Below, one piece after another: positions 40,101-53,645 of a DNA stretch of 64,000 bases (position 1 is its first letter; every line of letters starts with the position of its first letter). The position numbers and the translations under genes were made by a program. Source of the DNA: Octopus vulgaris. Lineage: Eukaryota. Under the pieces are notes generated by a model. That model did no database searches. It saw only the letters and a list, made by a program, of their open reading frames with translations, and was not told the origin of the DNA. Location of the stretch: assembly GCA_951406725.2 (NCBI GenBank), contig OX597824.1, positions 1,550,001-1,614,000 on the forward strand, given 5' to 3'.

Positions 40101-40620
40101 GCGTTCATGACGGTAGATCTTGTTGAAGTAGAAAATTCCCGTGAAGAATGGTTCGGCTATCGGGAGGTGGCTGCAGATTTACCAGGATGTCAAGGAATCT
40201 ACCCAATTCCAGTTACGAAAAAACCCCGGTTATTATGATATAGTGTCATAATTAGTAAATCTAGTCGACTTAAAAGTTCCTCATGAAGATAACATGAATG
40301 CTGCTCGGTCTCGAAAGGTCGACCGTTATGAAAAAATTGCTCAAGGAATATAAAAATGCAAGCAGGAAAGCAGAATATTTTACAATCGAAGTTGGCTGCC
40401 AAGGATTCATTGGAAAGTGCGTGAGGCCTATCAAGTCTACAATGGAGAAGGCAAGACACGGGATTTGGTTAAACAAAGAGGCAATGACCAATGACTAGAT
40501 GAATATTTAGAGAAACCTAAGAACCAGTTGATTTAGTTTGCAGTGTTCAATGATGCCGACGAGGGGAGGCCCCGAAACGATAAACACTGTCTCCTGATGA
40601 CCCCATTAACTGATAGCACA
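37140..40620 (+). mobile_element. Near full-length but decayed Hero-clade (RT plus restriction-like endonuclease) LINE
   Basis: Ordered broken peptides: EQFLKNPY..TKSG, ELDAYLKETYS, EVKEFVGKARAK, FRPMSLLNMDSKIF, GIAGCVEH..LNVVWPDLAN, ALVDDVT (cf. AFMDD), IPIIKEEPVKNL, LPDKDKIW..LYPRLSWSLLIYE, EVAADL, FTIEVGCQGF (RLE C-terminal motif). Many stops and frameshifts; interrupted by a SINE. Confidence 0.88.
38126..38539 (+). mobile_element. Full-length tRNA-derived SINE family A (CORE-like), nested in the Hero LINE
   Basis: A box tggctgtgtgg, B box gggttcagtcc, CORE-like accttgggcgagt, internal TA/TG microsatellite and an AAAGAGT tail. Resembles octopus tRNA-SINEs from memory. Confidence 0.93.
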
Positions 40621-40637
40621 AATATTATATACATGTG

Positions 40638-40693
<56 letters not shown>

Positions 40694-41114
40694 TTATAGT
40701 TGCTGACACGCTCACGCAATTATAGTTGAAACTATGCCGCCCTCGATTACATTACAACTTAGAGTAAACATCGTAAATCTGTTTGTTTTAACATATCACC
40801 CGTTTAATTACTTTAGTTGTCTGACCTGCTCTCCGTCTCCTTTTCCCCTCTCTCAAACGCTCTCTTGCTACACGTTTCCCTCTCCCATAGAGAGGAAGAC
40901 ATCTCTCTATGCCTTCCTCTCGATACTCAACGTTTTAAATCTCCAATGAGAATTATTGCTTCTAAAGAAAGCTGAAGAGGATATTTCACAGTTAATCAAT
41001 TAATCATTCACTCAGAATTAACACATTGTGTCAACCGATGAATCAAATAGCTAATCAAACAATCGATAAATCAGTCCTCGTGTCTATATTTGCCTATCTC
41101 CCACACTTCTATTC

Positions 41115-41159
<45 letters not shown>

Positions 41160-41179
41160 TTCCGTCCTCCCTCTCTCCA

Positions 41180-41226
<47 letters not shown>

Positions 41227-41246
41227 GAAGTGTCTGAATATATACA

Positions 41247-41326
41247 TATTATAAGGGGGATGACCACTAAGTGGACATCTATTATGCTAGAAGTAGACCC
41301 CCTATATATAAGCATGAATAAATGTG

Positions 41327-41390
<64 letters not shown>

Positions 41391-41450
41391 CATATTATAA
41401 GAGGGATGACCACTAAGTAGACATCTATTATGCTAGATGTCGACTCCCTA
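41247..41450 (+). repeat. About 58-bp direct duplication separated by (TA)n
   Basis: tattataag.gggatgaccactaagt.gacatctattatgctaga.gt.gac.cccta occurs at about 41247-41304 and 41393-41449. Confidence 0.88.
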
Positions 41451-42112
41451 CGGTCTTACCACTAAGAAAGGATTGTTCTCAAGAAAATTTAGCAAACGCC
41501 AGAACTTAAGCGAATAAGACAAATGAAAAGATAGAAAATATAAAGATTAATCACAAACCCGTAATTACGTAAGTTGTAACAACGAAAGCGGGTTTGTAAA
41601 AGAGAGAGAGAGAAAGTGAGAGAGAAAGAGAGAGAGAGAAAGAAAGAGAGAAAGAGAGAGACAGAAAGAGACCGAGAGAGACAGAGAGAGAAAGAGAGAG
41701 AGGCAGACAAACAGGAACTTATATATCAAATAATAATTCCATAGATATAAAAAAAAATACACAGACAACATACATGAATAATTACAGAATATTAAGCAAT
41801 TAGATTGAAGGCAAACGTGTTTGAGCAATTTTGTGAATTATCGCCTATGATTTGTTATCTTTTCTAAACCTTATTCCTTGTCCACACGCATTCCGACCTT
41901 CACACACGTGTACACAAGCACGTTCACAAACACGATATATGCTTGGCTTATACTTCGATGTTGTGTTTTGTCCGACGATTGAATGAGACATCTGGCGGAA
42001 ATTTTAGACCTAATCGAAACGATTTTTATAATAAATTGGAATCTACTTTCACCACCGTTCTCCAGATCAGTAAAGGTCTTCTTGATATTCTTAATCTTAT
42101 GATAACCTAATT

Positions 42113-42487
42113 TTTTTTGGAAGCACTCCGTCGGTTACGACGACGAGGGTTCCGGTTGATCTGAATCAACGTAACAGCCTGCTCGTGAAATTAACGTGTA
42201 AGTGGCTGAGCACTCCACAGACACGTCTACCCATAACGTAGTTCTCGGGGATATTCAGCGTGACACAGAGAGTGACAAGGCCGGCCCTTTGAAATACAGG
42301 TACAACAGAAACAGGAAGTAAGAGTGAGAGAAAGTTGTGGTGAAAGAGTACACCATCCCCTGTCGGAGCCTCGTGGAGCTTTAGGTGTTTTCGCTCAAAA
42401 AACACTCACAACGCCCGGTCTGGGAATCGAAACCGCGATCCTATGACATCGAGTCCGCTGCCCTAACCACTGGGCCATTGCGCCTCC
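42113..42487 (-). mobile_element. tRNA-derived SINE family C with a 13-bp TSD
   Basis: Minus-strand head ggaggcgcaatggcccagtggttagggcagcggactc...ggtttcgattccc (A and B boxes); TSD tgataacctaatt at 42100-42112 and 42488-42500. Confidence 0.92.
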
Positions 42488-42610
42488 TGATAACCTAATT
42501 ATACCCTAATCTAACATCCACACTTGCACAAATATGCAATCATACACGGCCATGCTTTTGCAGTTTTGTCTATTTTTGTTTCACATTGTCTGTTTAGATT
42601 TTCGCCAGTT

Positions 42611-42962
42611 ATACTCTTTTTTACTCCTTTACTAGTTTCAGTCATTTGACTGTGGCCTTGCTGGAGCACCGCCTTTTAGTCGAGGAAATCGACATCAGGA
42701 CTTATTCTGTGTAAGCCGAGTACTATTCTATCGGTCTATTTTGCCGAAACGCTAAGTTACGGGGACGTAAACACACCAGCATCGGTTGTCAAGCGATGTT
42801 CGGGGTGAGGGGGACAAACACACACAAATATATATATATATATATACATATATATATGACGGGCCTCTTTCAGTTTCCATCAACCAAATCCACTGACAAG
42901 GCTTTGGTCGGCCCGAGGCTGTAGTAGGAGACACTTGCCCAAGGTGCCACGCAGTGGGACTG
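42611..42962 (-). mobile_element. SINE family A, slightly 5'-truncated
   Basis: Reverse complement of the 38126 copy (aaggtgccacgcagtgggactg; ctggagcaccgcc). Confidence 0.92.
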
Positions 42963-43574
42963 TTGACTTTTATGTTATGTTGACTTTTTTTCTCTATATA
43001 TTTTGTTGTATATGACACGTGTAAAAAACAAAACAACAACATATTTATGTATTGCTAAATGTCGTTAAACTAATTGTAACGTGGTAGACACTAACGGAAT
43101 TAGTGATACTGTCAACAGGTGTTGAGATGAAAAGGATATACGATTCCATTTGGTTACAAAGTTTGATAGATATGTTACCTGTCGTTGAAAAGCAAACACG
43201 AAGCATATATTTTCATACAAGGATTTGTGCAGGTGTGCGTGTGGGTATTTTAGAATGTTTATATGCTTCCGAAATTAGAAGGAGCACTCTTACAATTCCT
43301 GAATTTAAAAATAGAATAGATTGTTAGATAAGCACAAACGTGTGAGCTTCTAAAAACTAATTAACGCAGCTAAAGAATACAGCTAATTAACCACGAAAAA
43401 AACGTGTATAAAGCTTCAAGTTTTATAGCATTGCAAACAGACGGCCAATTGTCCAAGATAGAGGTCAGGATTATTACCGAAAACAAATCTATTAAACATG
43501 TCTTTCGATATGTGTACATATAAGTTTTATAAGTTCATCTGTATCGCTTATATTTTATGTGTGACAGTGTTCAT

Positions 43575-43753
43575 ACACACACATATATGTATGTATGTGT
43601 GTGTATATATGTATATATATATATATATATATACATATATGTTCGTATATATTTATGTATATGTATATATATATACGTGCGTGTGTATATATATATATAT
43701 ATGTGTGTGTGTATCTATCTTTATATATATATCTATATATATGTATATATATG

Positions 43754-43788
<35 letters not shown>

Positions 43789-43813
43789 GTATGTATATCT
43801 ATATATATTTGTG

Positions 43814-43861
<48 letters not shown>

Positions 43862-43902
43862 TATGTATCATGTTAATATATATATATATATATATGTATA
43901 TA
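43575..43902. repeat. Complex TA/TG microsatellite
   Basis: Directly visible. Confidence 0.95.
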
Positions 43903-44639
43903 TTTTTTTATGTCACTGACAACATTTCGCGTGAAAGTCCTATTCGAGAGCGCTCACCCATGTGCACATTAACAGACAGAGTCACACATCCACAAACGCA
44001 TATACGTTATAGTTGATGATCCTTTCTCCCTTTGAAATTCTTCAGAGTCCAAAACGAAACCGGAAGATTCCTTGGAAATGTAAAGATTTGCGACCCACGT
44101 CACAAACGTGTGAAGGATATCGACTTCGCTCTCTGAATCGATGAAGCAATAGGTGTGTTTTATTCTTAATACAATTGTAAACGACACAGAATGAAAGAGA
44201 TACCTGTTCGAAACCAGAGCAGTACCACATTTCTTTGTGCGATTTTGTGCCTTACATACACACAAACGCGCCAACACACGCATACAGGCATATACCTAAA
44301 TACATACAAAGGCAATTATATACAGACGTATATACATATAAAGAAATAGTAATCTAGATATATTCACTCGCAAACACATATGCGCATCTGCACACACATA
44401 TACACAATCACAGACACTCCCAAACATACGGAACAGTTTTGTATACAAGTTCACAGATGTGGGAGTATATAATAATTTTAAAATGCAGAAGGAATATTTC
44501 AGTTGTATATATTTACAATCATACCACTAGTTTCACGTGTTTTATCTTGATTACTAACGTAGTTTAAGATGAACGGATCTGGTGCTATACTGTGTTTGGT
44601 TTCTTAAGCACCCCAATGCAGCAACAGTTATTTATCTCG

Positions 44640-45002
<363 letters not shown>

Positions 45003-45004
<2 letters not shown>

Positions 45005-45200
45005 ACAGTTATCACTCACCCTATCGCGGTTTGCCTATCGCGCCCTCAGTACATCGCAGATTTTTCTGGCTAATGTATGTAAAGTTATATCGCGGAGCCC
45101 TCAGTATATTGCAGGTTTCTGCGGCCAATATTTAGTTATATTTTTTTGTGATATTAATTCTTTCTGTGGTAAAATAAATATTATCACGCCTCAAATTTCA
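45003..45200 (+). mobile_element. Probable pogo/Tigger-like transposon left end
   Basis: TA|CAGT start followed by repeated tatcgcg motifs (ctatcgcggtt, ctatcgcgccctcagtacatcgc, tatcgcggagccctcagtatattgc); partner TIR not found. Confidence 0.5.
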
Positions 45201-45492
45201 TAAATTAATAAATAAAAATACAGTGTTGGACGAAAGTAATGCTTCGAATTCCTCTGTTCATTGCGGGACCATTCCTAGCAGATATAATTGTATACTGTTG
45301 AGTTCATAAGGACATAGAGACTTTGAGATGTGTGTTCTAAGAATAAACTTCTACATAAATGGCGTAGCTTAACATCAGCATTTGATAGATTTTTGGTTTT
45401 CATTTTGCATTAATATAGGCAAGTAACTAATTTATTTATTATTAAATAATATAAAATATTTACATGTTTTAAAGCTACGAAACAATTTGTCA

Positions 45493-45543
<51 letters not shown>

Positions 45544-45896
45544 AGTATATATTGATTTTAATTTATACAAACATGCATACTTGCATAAATACATACTTAC
45601 ATACATACAAATATACATACGTGCACACACACACATGCACACATACATGCACTTAAACACAGACACTCATAAGTTCAATTATTGATAAACTTTCCAGATA
45701 TGAAATATCTTCTCCTAATTGCCTAAATCTGTTATCCTTTTTGCATATGCATTAAATAGGTGCATATTGCAGAAACTAACAAACTTTACAGCTGTTGAAG
45801 GGGACATAGATAAACAGATAAATAGATTCCTTCTGCTACTCGTTCTTGCTGCATAGAGACTCACATATTCATACACACAGCAGTACACAGACGTTC

Positions 45897-45961
<65 letters not shown>

Positions 45962-45974
45962 TATATATATTGAT

Positions 45975-46161
45975 ATAAATGGTAAGACAACAAAAGAATG
46001 AAAGAGACCTCGATATTATGTAAATAGAGGAATTTAGCTGTATTCATAGTATTTTTCCGATGGCCGTATAACTGAAGAAATGGCGGCGTGGATTTCTACC
46101 TCGGCATCCGAAACTCGGAGTTTTATCTTGGCTACCGAATAATTGTCACATAACATTTACA

Positions 46162-46165
<4 letters not shown>
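45975..46165 (+). mobile_element. Short (TA)n-embedded repeat with a hammerhead-like core
   Basis: ataa-CTGAAGA-(imperfect hairpin)-GAA-ACTCGGAGT-T-ttat at 46068-46126. Confidence 0.6.
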
Positions 46166-46211
<46 letters not shown>

Positions 46212-46382
46212 TATAAACAAGGGCAAAAGAAAAAATTTCTAATGCTAAATATGCTGAAAACAGACACGTCGTCAATAACCATATAATTCATTTGCCCTTG
46301 TTTATAAATATAACCTTTAAAGGTATTTTTTAATATGCTGGTCATTGATAGAACTTTTTTCGAAAAATGTTATCCTATATTA

Positions 46383-46435
<53 letters not shown>

Positions 46436-46468
46436 ACAAAGATAAGCGCGCGCACACACACACACACA

Positions 46469-46684
46469 CACGGGGTGCTGAAAAGTTCCTGGCATTGTAT
46501 AAAAGAAAATGCAAGTGGATTAGTTAATTATAATTTTATTGAGCATCTTGCCATCTCAGATTCAGACATATTGCAGCAGTCTTTTAGCTTTACTGAGCCC
46601 TATAAAAGGACGCGGAAGTCTGGGCGTCGAGCAAGGCCTTTCGCGATACCGCTACAGCCAGCAACCTTTCAGCACGCCTTCGTA
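46469..46684. mobile_element. Mariner-type MITE, copy 2
   Basis: ggggtgctgaaaagttcctggc...gccagcaacctttcagcacgccttcgta; interior homologous to 5534-5753. Confidence 0.82.
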
Positions 46685-47494
46685 TATACAGACACAAAAT
46701 ACACACATATACACACATATCCACGAAGATACACACGCACACACACCACACACACGCGCAAAGACACGCACACATGAATTAAAGTGTCGGTGTAATTTGA
46801 AAATAGAAGCTAGCAGGATTCTAAGACAATAAAACACTGAAAAACTTGAACAGAATGAAGGTTCATAGAAGACAGAGGACTGAATTATATGAGGTGGAAG
46901 CTGTGTGATGAAAAAGAAACACTCATCCTTCTACATGTATTCATATATTCGTATTTCTATGTGAAATCTGGTTAATGTTTCAAATTACACTGCTTTAGAT
47001 AAGGATCCAATCTGCAACACACAGAAACAAGGCCCTTTCATAGGAATTTAGACAATATCAACTGGGTGGTTACGTGTGTGTGAGTGGGTATGTGGTTGTA
47101 TCTATTCATTACAGTTGGTAGGTGTTCTCGAACATATAAGCATGTGTACGCACTTATCCATGGGAGTGTTTGTATGTGAGTGCATACGCACACACACACA
47201 TATATATATGTAACATATACATCCATATATATATATGTAAGTGTGTGTGTGTGTAAATACATATATTCTTAAATACATATGAAATGCAGAGCTAAGAATA
47301 CTTATTTTCGAATGCATAACATGTACATTGATATAAAGAACTAATTATTATGTTTGTGTGTGTGTGTGTGTTTGTGTTTGTGCCTGTATGTGTGTGTTTG
47401 TGTCTGTATGTGTGTGTTTGTGTGTATCTGTGTGCAGAGATAGTGAAGGAGAGTAGAGATAGAGAAGGGGATAGAGCTTGAGAGACAGAGAGAC

Positions 47495-47533
<39 letters not shown>

Positions 47534-48493
47534 AAGAAACAGAGAGAGACATATAAAGGGAAGGAATTATTTAGCTGTAGAAAATATGTTCAATACTAAT
47601 ATGTACAGACTATCACAGACATACACCAACTCGCACACATGTACACAGTTAAACATATGCATATGTTTACAAACGTGTACGTATACACACTAACACACAT
47701 ACACACACATGTGTATATAAAAGCGCAAATGTTAGATGCACATATTTCAACGCAAAACATTATAAAGAAGGAAGAAGGAAATGAATGGATGCTTCAGTTG
47801 GAGAGAAAAAAGTTTTTTAAAAAAACAACATTATTTACGTGATGCTGGGTTTCGAAATCTTTCATGTGACTCTTCATAAACGGTTTCTATTCACTACACA
47901 TATTGAGCAAAAAATGAGCTATAAAAAGTATTCACTTTGCATTTTATATGATTATATTTTATTTTTAGCTGGCCTATTTTTTTCTTCTTCTTGTTGTTGT
48001 CTATTCGTTTTCCTACTATGTCACTCTCAAATTGGATCAGTGACATTTCCTGAGTTCTTACAGCTGAAAGCTGTGAGAAGATATAGTTCAACATTGTTCT
48101 AATGGAATTTAATAATTTAACTTCCAAAATACTTTGAAACCTCTTTTGTTGACATTTATCAATGATGGCCGGACACAGTCCTTGATATACATGCAACATC
48201 ATACTCGAAGTTGTTTATGTAACTTCACACGCATTCCGAGCAATTAATGCGTCTAGGCATGTTTTCCACTTGTTCAGTTGCAGGGAAAGGCAGGGTGTGC
48301 TCAGATGTCCTTGTTGATATGTGATGTGGCAGTGGGTGTACACACAACCATAAACATAAACAAAGAAGGACACTACTTGGGTAGATAAAGACACATATAT
48401 AAGTATATACAACACATTAGTATACGTATAAACAAATAAACAAACATAAATATAAATACCCGTATATACATTACATGCATATGTATAAATATA

Positions 48494-48903
48494 GGCGTAG
48501 GTATAGCTGTGCGGTAAGTAGCTTGCTTATAAACCACATGGTTCCGGGTTCAGTCCCACCGCGTGGAACTTTGGGCAAGTGTCTTCTACTATAGCCTAGG
48601 GCCGACCAAAGCCTTATGTGTGGATTTGATAGACGGAAACTGAAAGAAGCCCGTCGTATATATGTATGTATATATGTATGTGTGTGTCTATATTTGTATG
48701 TCTGTGTTTATCCCCCCACAACATTGCTTGACAACCGATGCTGGTGTGTTTATGTCCCCGTAACTTAGCAGTTCGGCGAAAGAGACCGATAGAATATGTA
48801 CTAGGCTTACAAAGAATAAGTCCTGGGGTCGATTTCCTCGACTAAAGACGGTGCTCAAGCATGGCCACAGTCAAATGACTGAAACAAGAGAGAGTGTAGA
48901 GTA
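48494..48903 (+). mobile_element. Full-length SINE family A
   Basis: Colinear with 38126-38539. Confidence 0.93.
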
Positions 48904-48905
48904 AG

Positions 48906-48950
<45 letters not shown>

Positions 48951-49041
48951 AGGTACATATATATAAACATATTAAACATATATGGACGCACATTCATACA
49001 CACACGCCCACGCACAAAGACATACACACATATGCAAAATT

Positions 49042-49100
<59 letters not shown>

Positions 49101-49357
49101 GTATTCGTGCATGTTTGCCTTTGTGCTTTGTGTATAGTTTTGTGTGGGAGTATGTTTAATGAAGCCTCCTACTACATAGGTGCCTGTTCAAGAAGGCACT
49201 TGCCTCATGAGATTTCAAAATAGAAAACTGCTTCTCATCCCATTTCCTTCTCTAGTTGATCGACCATGTATCTGTCCTCTTCTCCCACCACCCACTCAAC
49301 CTGCTTGATATTGCTGCAATCTGCTAATATTTCTCGAAACTATCACACATATGATAT

Positions 49358-49406
<49 letters not shown>

Positions 49407-49486
49407 GATATTATACACACACACACTCACATATACATATATATGTGGTGCACCTGAGCACTGTATACAATAATTTCATTATATTA

Positions 49487-49528
<42 letters not shown>

Positions 49529-49981
49529 AGAGAGAGAGACAGGGAAAGCGAAAGAGCGAGGGTGAGAGGGGAAAAGGAGAGAGAGGGAGAGAGAAAGAAA
49601 GCGATAGATAAGATAGATTGATAGATAGACAGACAGCCAGACCATCATCATATGTTCGAAAAGAAATTGAGAGTAGTAAGTGAACTTTTACATATTTCAC
49701 CCAATAATATTTAGAGACGGGAACCGCTGCTTTGGTAGATGGCTTCTATAGCTGTCAAAGGAATGTTTCCATTTCCTTGCAAGATTGTAAAGTGTTAAGC
49801 ATTACTAATGTTTTTCTAGGTTTATATTCGAGAAAGTCTTTGGAATATTTGCCTCGTCAGATGTAAGCAAGATTTGACGAGTAAATCCTGAACTATTTCC
49901 ATAAAGAATCTCAGAATAATAATCGTCTTTTTTTCCTTATATCACAATAAGATTGTCATTTAAGTATCAGCAAACTACATC

Positions 49982-50608
49982 GGCGCAGGCGTAGCCGTGT
50001 GGTAAATACTTTGCCCCTCAATCACATGGTATTGCGTTCTCTTCCATCAGGTGGCGTCTTGCACAAGTGTCTTCTACTCGAGTGAGTGGATTTGGTGGAG
50101 AGAAAAAGAAAAAAAAAACAACAAAAATAATAAAACCCGTCGTATATATAAAAAAAAATGCGTCCCTTTAAAGCCTAGCCAGGCTCACGGGCTCGGTTTC
50201 CCCGTTTCTATGGCGTATGTGTTCCCTAGCTTGACGGGACGCCAGTCCATCGCAGCGTTACTCATTTTTTCTCAGCTGAGTGGACTGGAGCAACGTCAAA
50301 TGAAGTGTTTTGCTTGAAAACACAACGCCTCGCCCGGTCCAGGAATCGAAACCACAGTCTTACAATCATGATGCTGACACCCTAACATCTAAGCCAGTCT
50401 TTGTATTTGTATACATTTTTCGCCGCTGGTTAACAGCATGGATTGGGTTGTTTTGGTCTGAGATACCATTCGAACAAAAGAAACAGATATAATAAGTAAG
50501 AGGTTTTAAGAATTGAAGTACAAGGACCGATTTGTTCGACTGAGACATTCAAGGCGGTGCTCAAGCATGGCCGCAGTCCAATGACTGAAGCGAGGAAAGG
50601 ATAAAAGC
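49982..50608 (+). mobile_element. Decayed SINE family A split by a nested SINE
   Basis: Head ggcgcaggcgtagccgtgtggtaa at 49982 and tail ggcggtgctcaagcatggccgcagtccaatgactgaa near 50550-50590. Confidence 0.85.
50158..50398 (-). mobile_element. tRNA-derived SINE (family C/D-type head) nested in family A
   Basis: Minus-strand head ggcttagatgttagggtgtcagc...gtggtttcgattcctggaccgggcg is similar to the 42113 element's head, but the body differs. Confidence 0.8.
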
Positions 50609-51305
50609 TATATATATATATATTTCATATTTATCAATTCCACATCTGTAAATAATATTTATTACTGTAATTCAATGAAGACTCGATCGCATTTCCTTTT
50701 CATAGAGATTTCTTTTGTCGTTAAGGCTGTAATTGTATGGAAGCCCAGCGTAGCTTCGTTTAGTTGGAGCTGAAGCTTTTCGTGTTGAGAAAAAATTCGC
50801 GAGTAGACAAGCAATTAGTTAGATAAACATAGACCTCTGCATTGTATGCGGCAGAAAGCTCAAGGCTAGATTTACTCTTCACAAACAATTGCATCCTTTG
50901 ATCAATTCTAAGAGGCTTATGTAACACAATCTCCATAGCTTGTTTAGTGTTTTGACTTTATAATTAATTACATACAAAGCGTAAAGAGATCCGTGATGTC
51001 GCCTTAGAGACGGGTAAATTTCTATCAAAAATTAAGAATAAATAACTTAAATAAAAATGAAATGATTTCATTTTCTTCCAAATCTTAATGTATCTGTAGC
51101 TATGACACAAAGAGAACAGACCGGGCTAAATAAATCGGTCGTATATTAGACTAACGATTTATTTTTCCCGGCCTCTTCGCTTCAACCAGCGGATATGTTT
51201 AGCTTGCATCATATCATCGTGCGTATAGAGTCAGAATAACTCGCCCCTTGCCAGTTCAAACCCATCTAAGTGAAAGTAGATAGTACAAGCTTCTCATCAA
51301 ATATA

Positions 51306-52103
51306 AAGGGTGCGGTGAATATATTGTCGTCTAAATTACGCAAAAATGAAAATAACACTGACAACTCGTTTTTAATACTAATGAGTAAATTTATTCAATA
51401 AACTCGCGATTGACATCAACCACGGTCTCCAAACGACTTGGGAATCTCCTGCAAATCTTCTGGACGGTCTCCTTGTTTAAGTTGGGGAATGCTACCATAA
51501 TCCTTGCCTCTAGCTCATCTTTGGTCTCGCGCTCAACTGCACCCCACACATAATAATCAAGGGCGTTGCAGCCTGAGGAGTTAGGTGGCCAGATGTTAGG
51601 GGCACTGTGGTCACAGAAATTGTCTGACAGACATGAGTGAATTCTCTTGCTCGTGTGGCATGGTACAGAGTCCAGACATAGTCTTCCAGCAGCCACCTCT
51701 TGACCCAGGGCAGCACTACCTCCTTCATGCTCTTGATGGAGGTCTCCGTGTTGAGTTCGAGGCCGAATTGGAAGATGAATGGAGGCATAACGTCGCCATC
51801 ACTAGCGATCACTCCAAATACCATAATGTTGGTTGGATGTTTGGTTTTTATTACTCTTGGTACATGTCCTCAGTTTGCACTGTGCTTAGACTGACTCCTA
51901 AACATTCTGAAATGTTCGTATTTGAGCTTCCGCTGCAAATGCCATGCAGTACAGAATGTAGTTTCCAAATTTCTGGCACAGAGAATTGCACCATGGTGGT
52001 GTCTTTCTCACCCCACTATACTGTGCAGTCGACAAAATCAAAACCAATGCGGATGCACGAAATTAAAAATGTAAACTGGCGACTATTTCCCCTTCGTACA
52101 CTA
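51306..52103 (-). mobile_element. Internally deleted DD37D (maT) Tc1/mariner transposon
   Basis: MVFGVIASDGDVMPP...D-SVPCHTSKRIHSCLSDNFCDHSAPNIWPPNSSGCNAL-D-YYVWG has 37 residues between the last two Asp. The N-terminal HTH (ISECLGVSLSTVQ) is joined directly to the mid-catalytic domain. Imperfect TIRs agggtgcggtgaatatattgtcg / cgactatttccccttcgtacact. Confidence 0.9.
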
Positions 52104-52124
52104 TATATGTATGTATATGGGAGG

Positions 52125-52176
<52 letters not shown>

Positions 52177-53328
52177 CGGGAGCGTGTGTATACGTGTAAG
52201 TAGTTAATGAACATTTTATGGACATGTAAATCGTATCAATTCTGCTCACTGCCTTTCATGGCTGAAAAACACAACTAGCTCTTGCTTATAAAGCTGTTCC
52301 GTATTGGGCGTTAATGAAGTATATATATATATATATATATATATAAGTGTGTGTATGTGTGTGTGTGTGTTGTGTGTGTGTATGTGTGTGTCTCTATGTG
52401 TATGTATATATATGAATCTAAGGAATGCTAAAAGCAGAGATATATTTTGGGATCAGAAAAGAAACAAAACATTATAATACAAGCACACACATTTCTAGAA
52501 ATGCCCGTTAAAATACTATTTCTTAATCGTTCCCAGAAGTCTGTCTATTGTGTATCTCTTCATTGCAATTTGTATGTTTATCATTTTAATGATCAAGTCG
52601 ATTCATAGGCGTTGATAAGTTACAGTGATTATTATAAACACTTTCAAGTGAAAATAAGAAATAAACCATTCTCTTCTACGAAGTGCATTGTGTTAATATG
52701 GCAAAAGTTTGAAACTCTTTCTAAACTATAAATATTTGTCAATGTTGTAAGTTCGTGCTTGTTTATATGAAACACAGAACTGGGATTATATTTGTGGCTC
52801 ACAGAAATATTGTTATGAAATTGCAAGGAAAGTGTTTTTCTTTCATTTACTACCATGTATCTAATTAATTGAAGGTAGTTTCTCAATTAGACACGAAGTA
52901 TAAAACGGGAATATGGATTGTAGGTCAAGAACCGTGACGCTGGTTAGATATATTCCAGGCACATCGTTGCTCGTATTTAGCGGATCCTGTGATTTTAGAT
53001 AATAAAAACAAATAAGAGAGAAAGACTAGCTTTTTGGCTACGATGCGCTAGAGTAGCACTTCGAGAATTGACTTGTATCTACCTGGCTACTCTCAAAATG
53101 GTAAAGAAATGTCGGAGAAGCAAGGATAAGTATCGGGGTATATAAGCCCTCGATGGAAACAAAAGAGTGAGCACGCATGGAATTTGAACTCTCACCCCTT
53201 ATTGAAAAGGATTTATGCAAGTAACTGTTGTGCATAAGTTTCCTAAATGGATATTTATGTAAATAAATGCTTGTCATTTCATCGCTAATTGGAAAACAAT
53301 TATTAATTATTCCCTTTAAATATATTTA

Positions 53329-53553
53329 TCATGCTAGGAGGGACTCTTAAAGTCAAAACTACCATAATAAACCCATTTTTTGTTTACCGAACGAGAGGTT
53401 ATGCAATTCTCGAAGCGAGCCTTTCAAAAACAGATTCAGTTTTTAACAGAATATCTTCTTAAAAGGCTTGCTTCGAGAGTTGCATTCCCTCGCGTTTGGT
53501 ACAAAATGTGTTTATTATGGTAGTTTTGACTTTAAAAGTCCCTCCTACCGTGA
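53329..53553. mobile_element. Foldback/MITE-like palindrome (arms about 105 bp, short spacer)
   Basis: taggagggactcttaaagtcaaaactaccataataaac vs gtttattatggtagttttgactttaaaagtccctccta; tgcaattctcgaagcgagccttt vs aaaggcttgcttcgagagttgca. Confidence 0.88.
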
Positions 53554-53592
53554 GGCATTTATGTATAGTAATGCCCTGAATATGAACAAACA

Positions 53593-53645
<53 letters not shown>

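Noticed and set aside
51633-52199. 188-aa plus-strand ORF
   Set aside because: Antisense shadow of the DD37D transposase, ending in a microsatellite.
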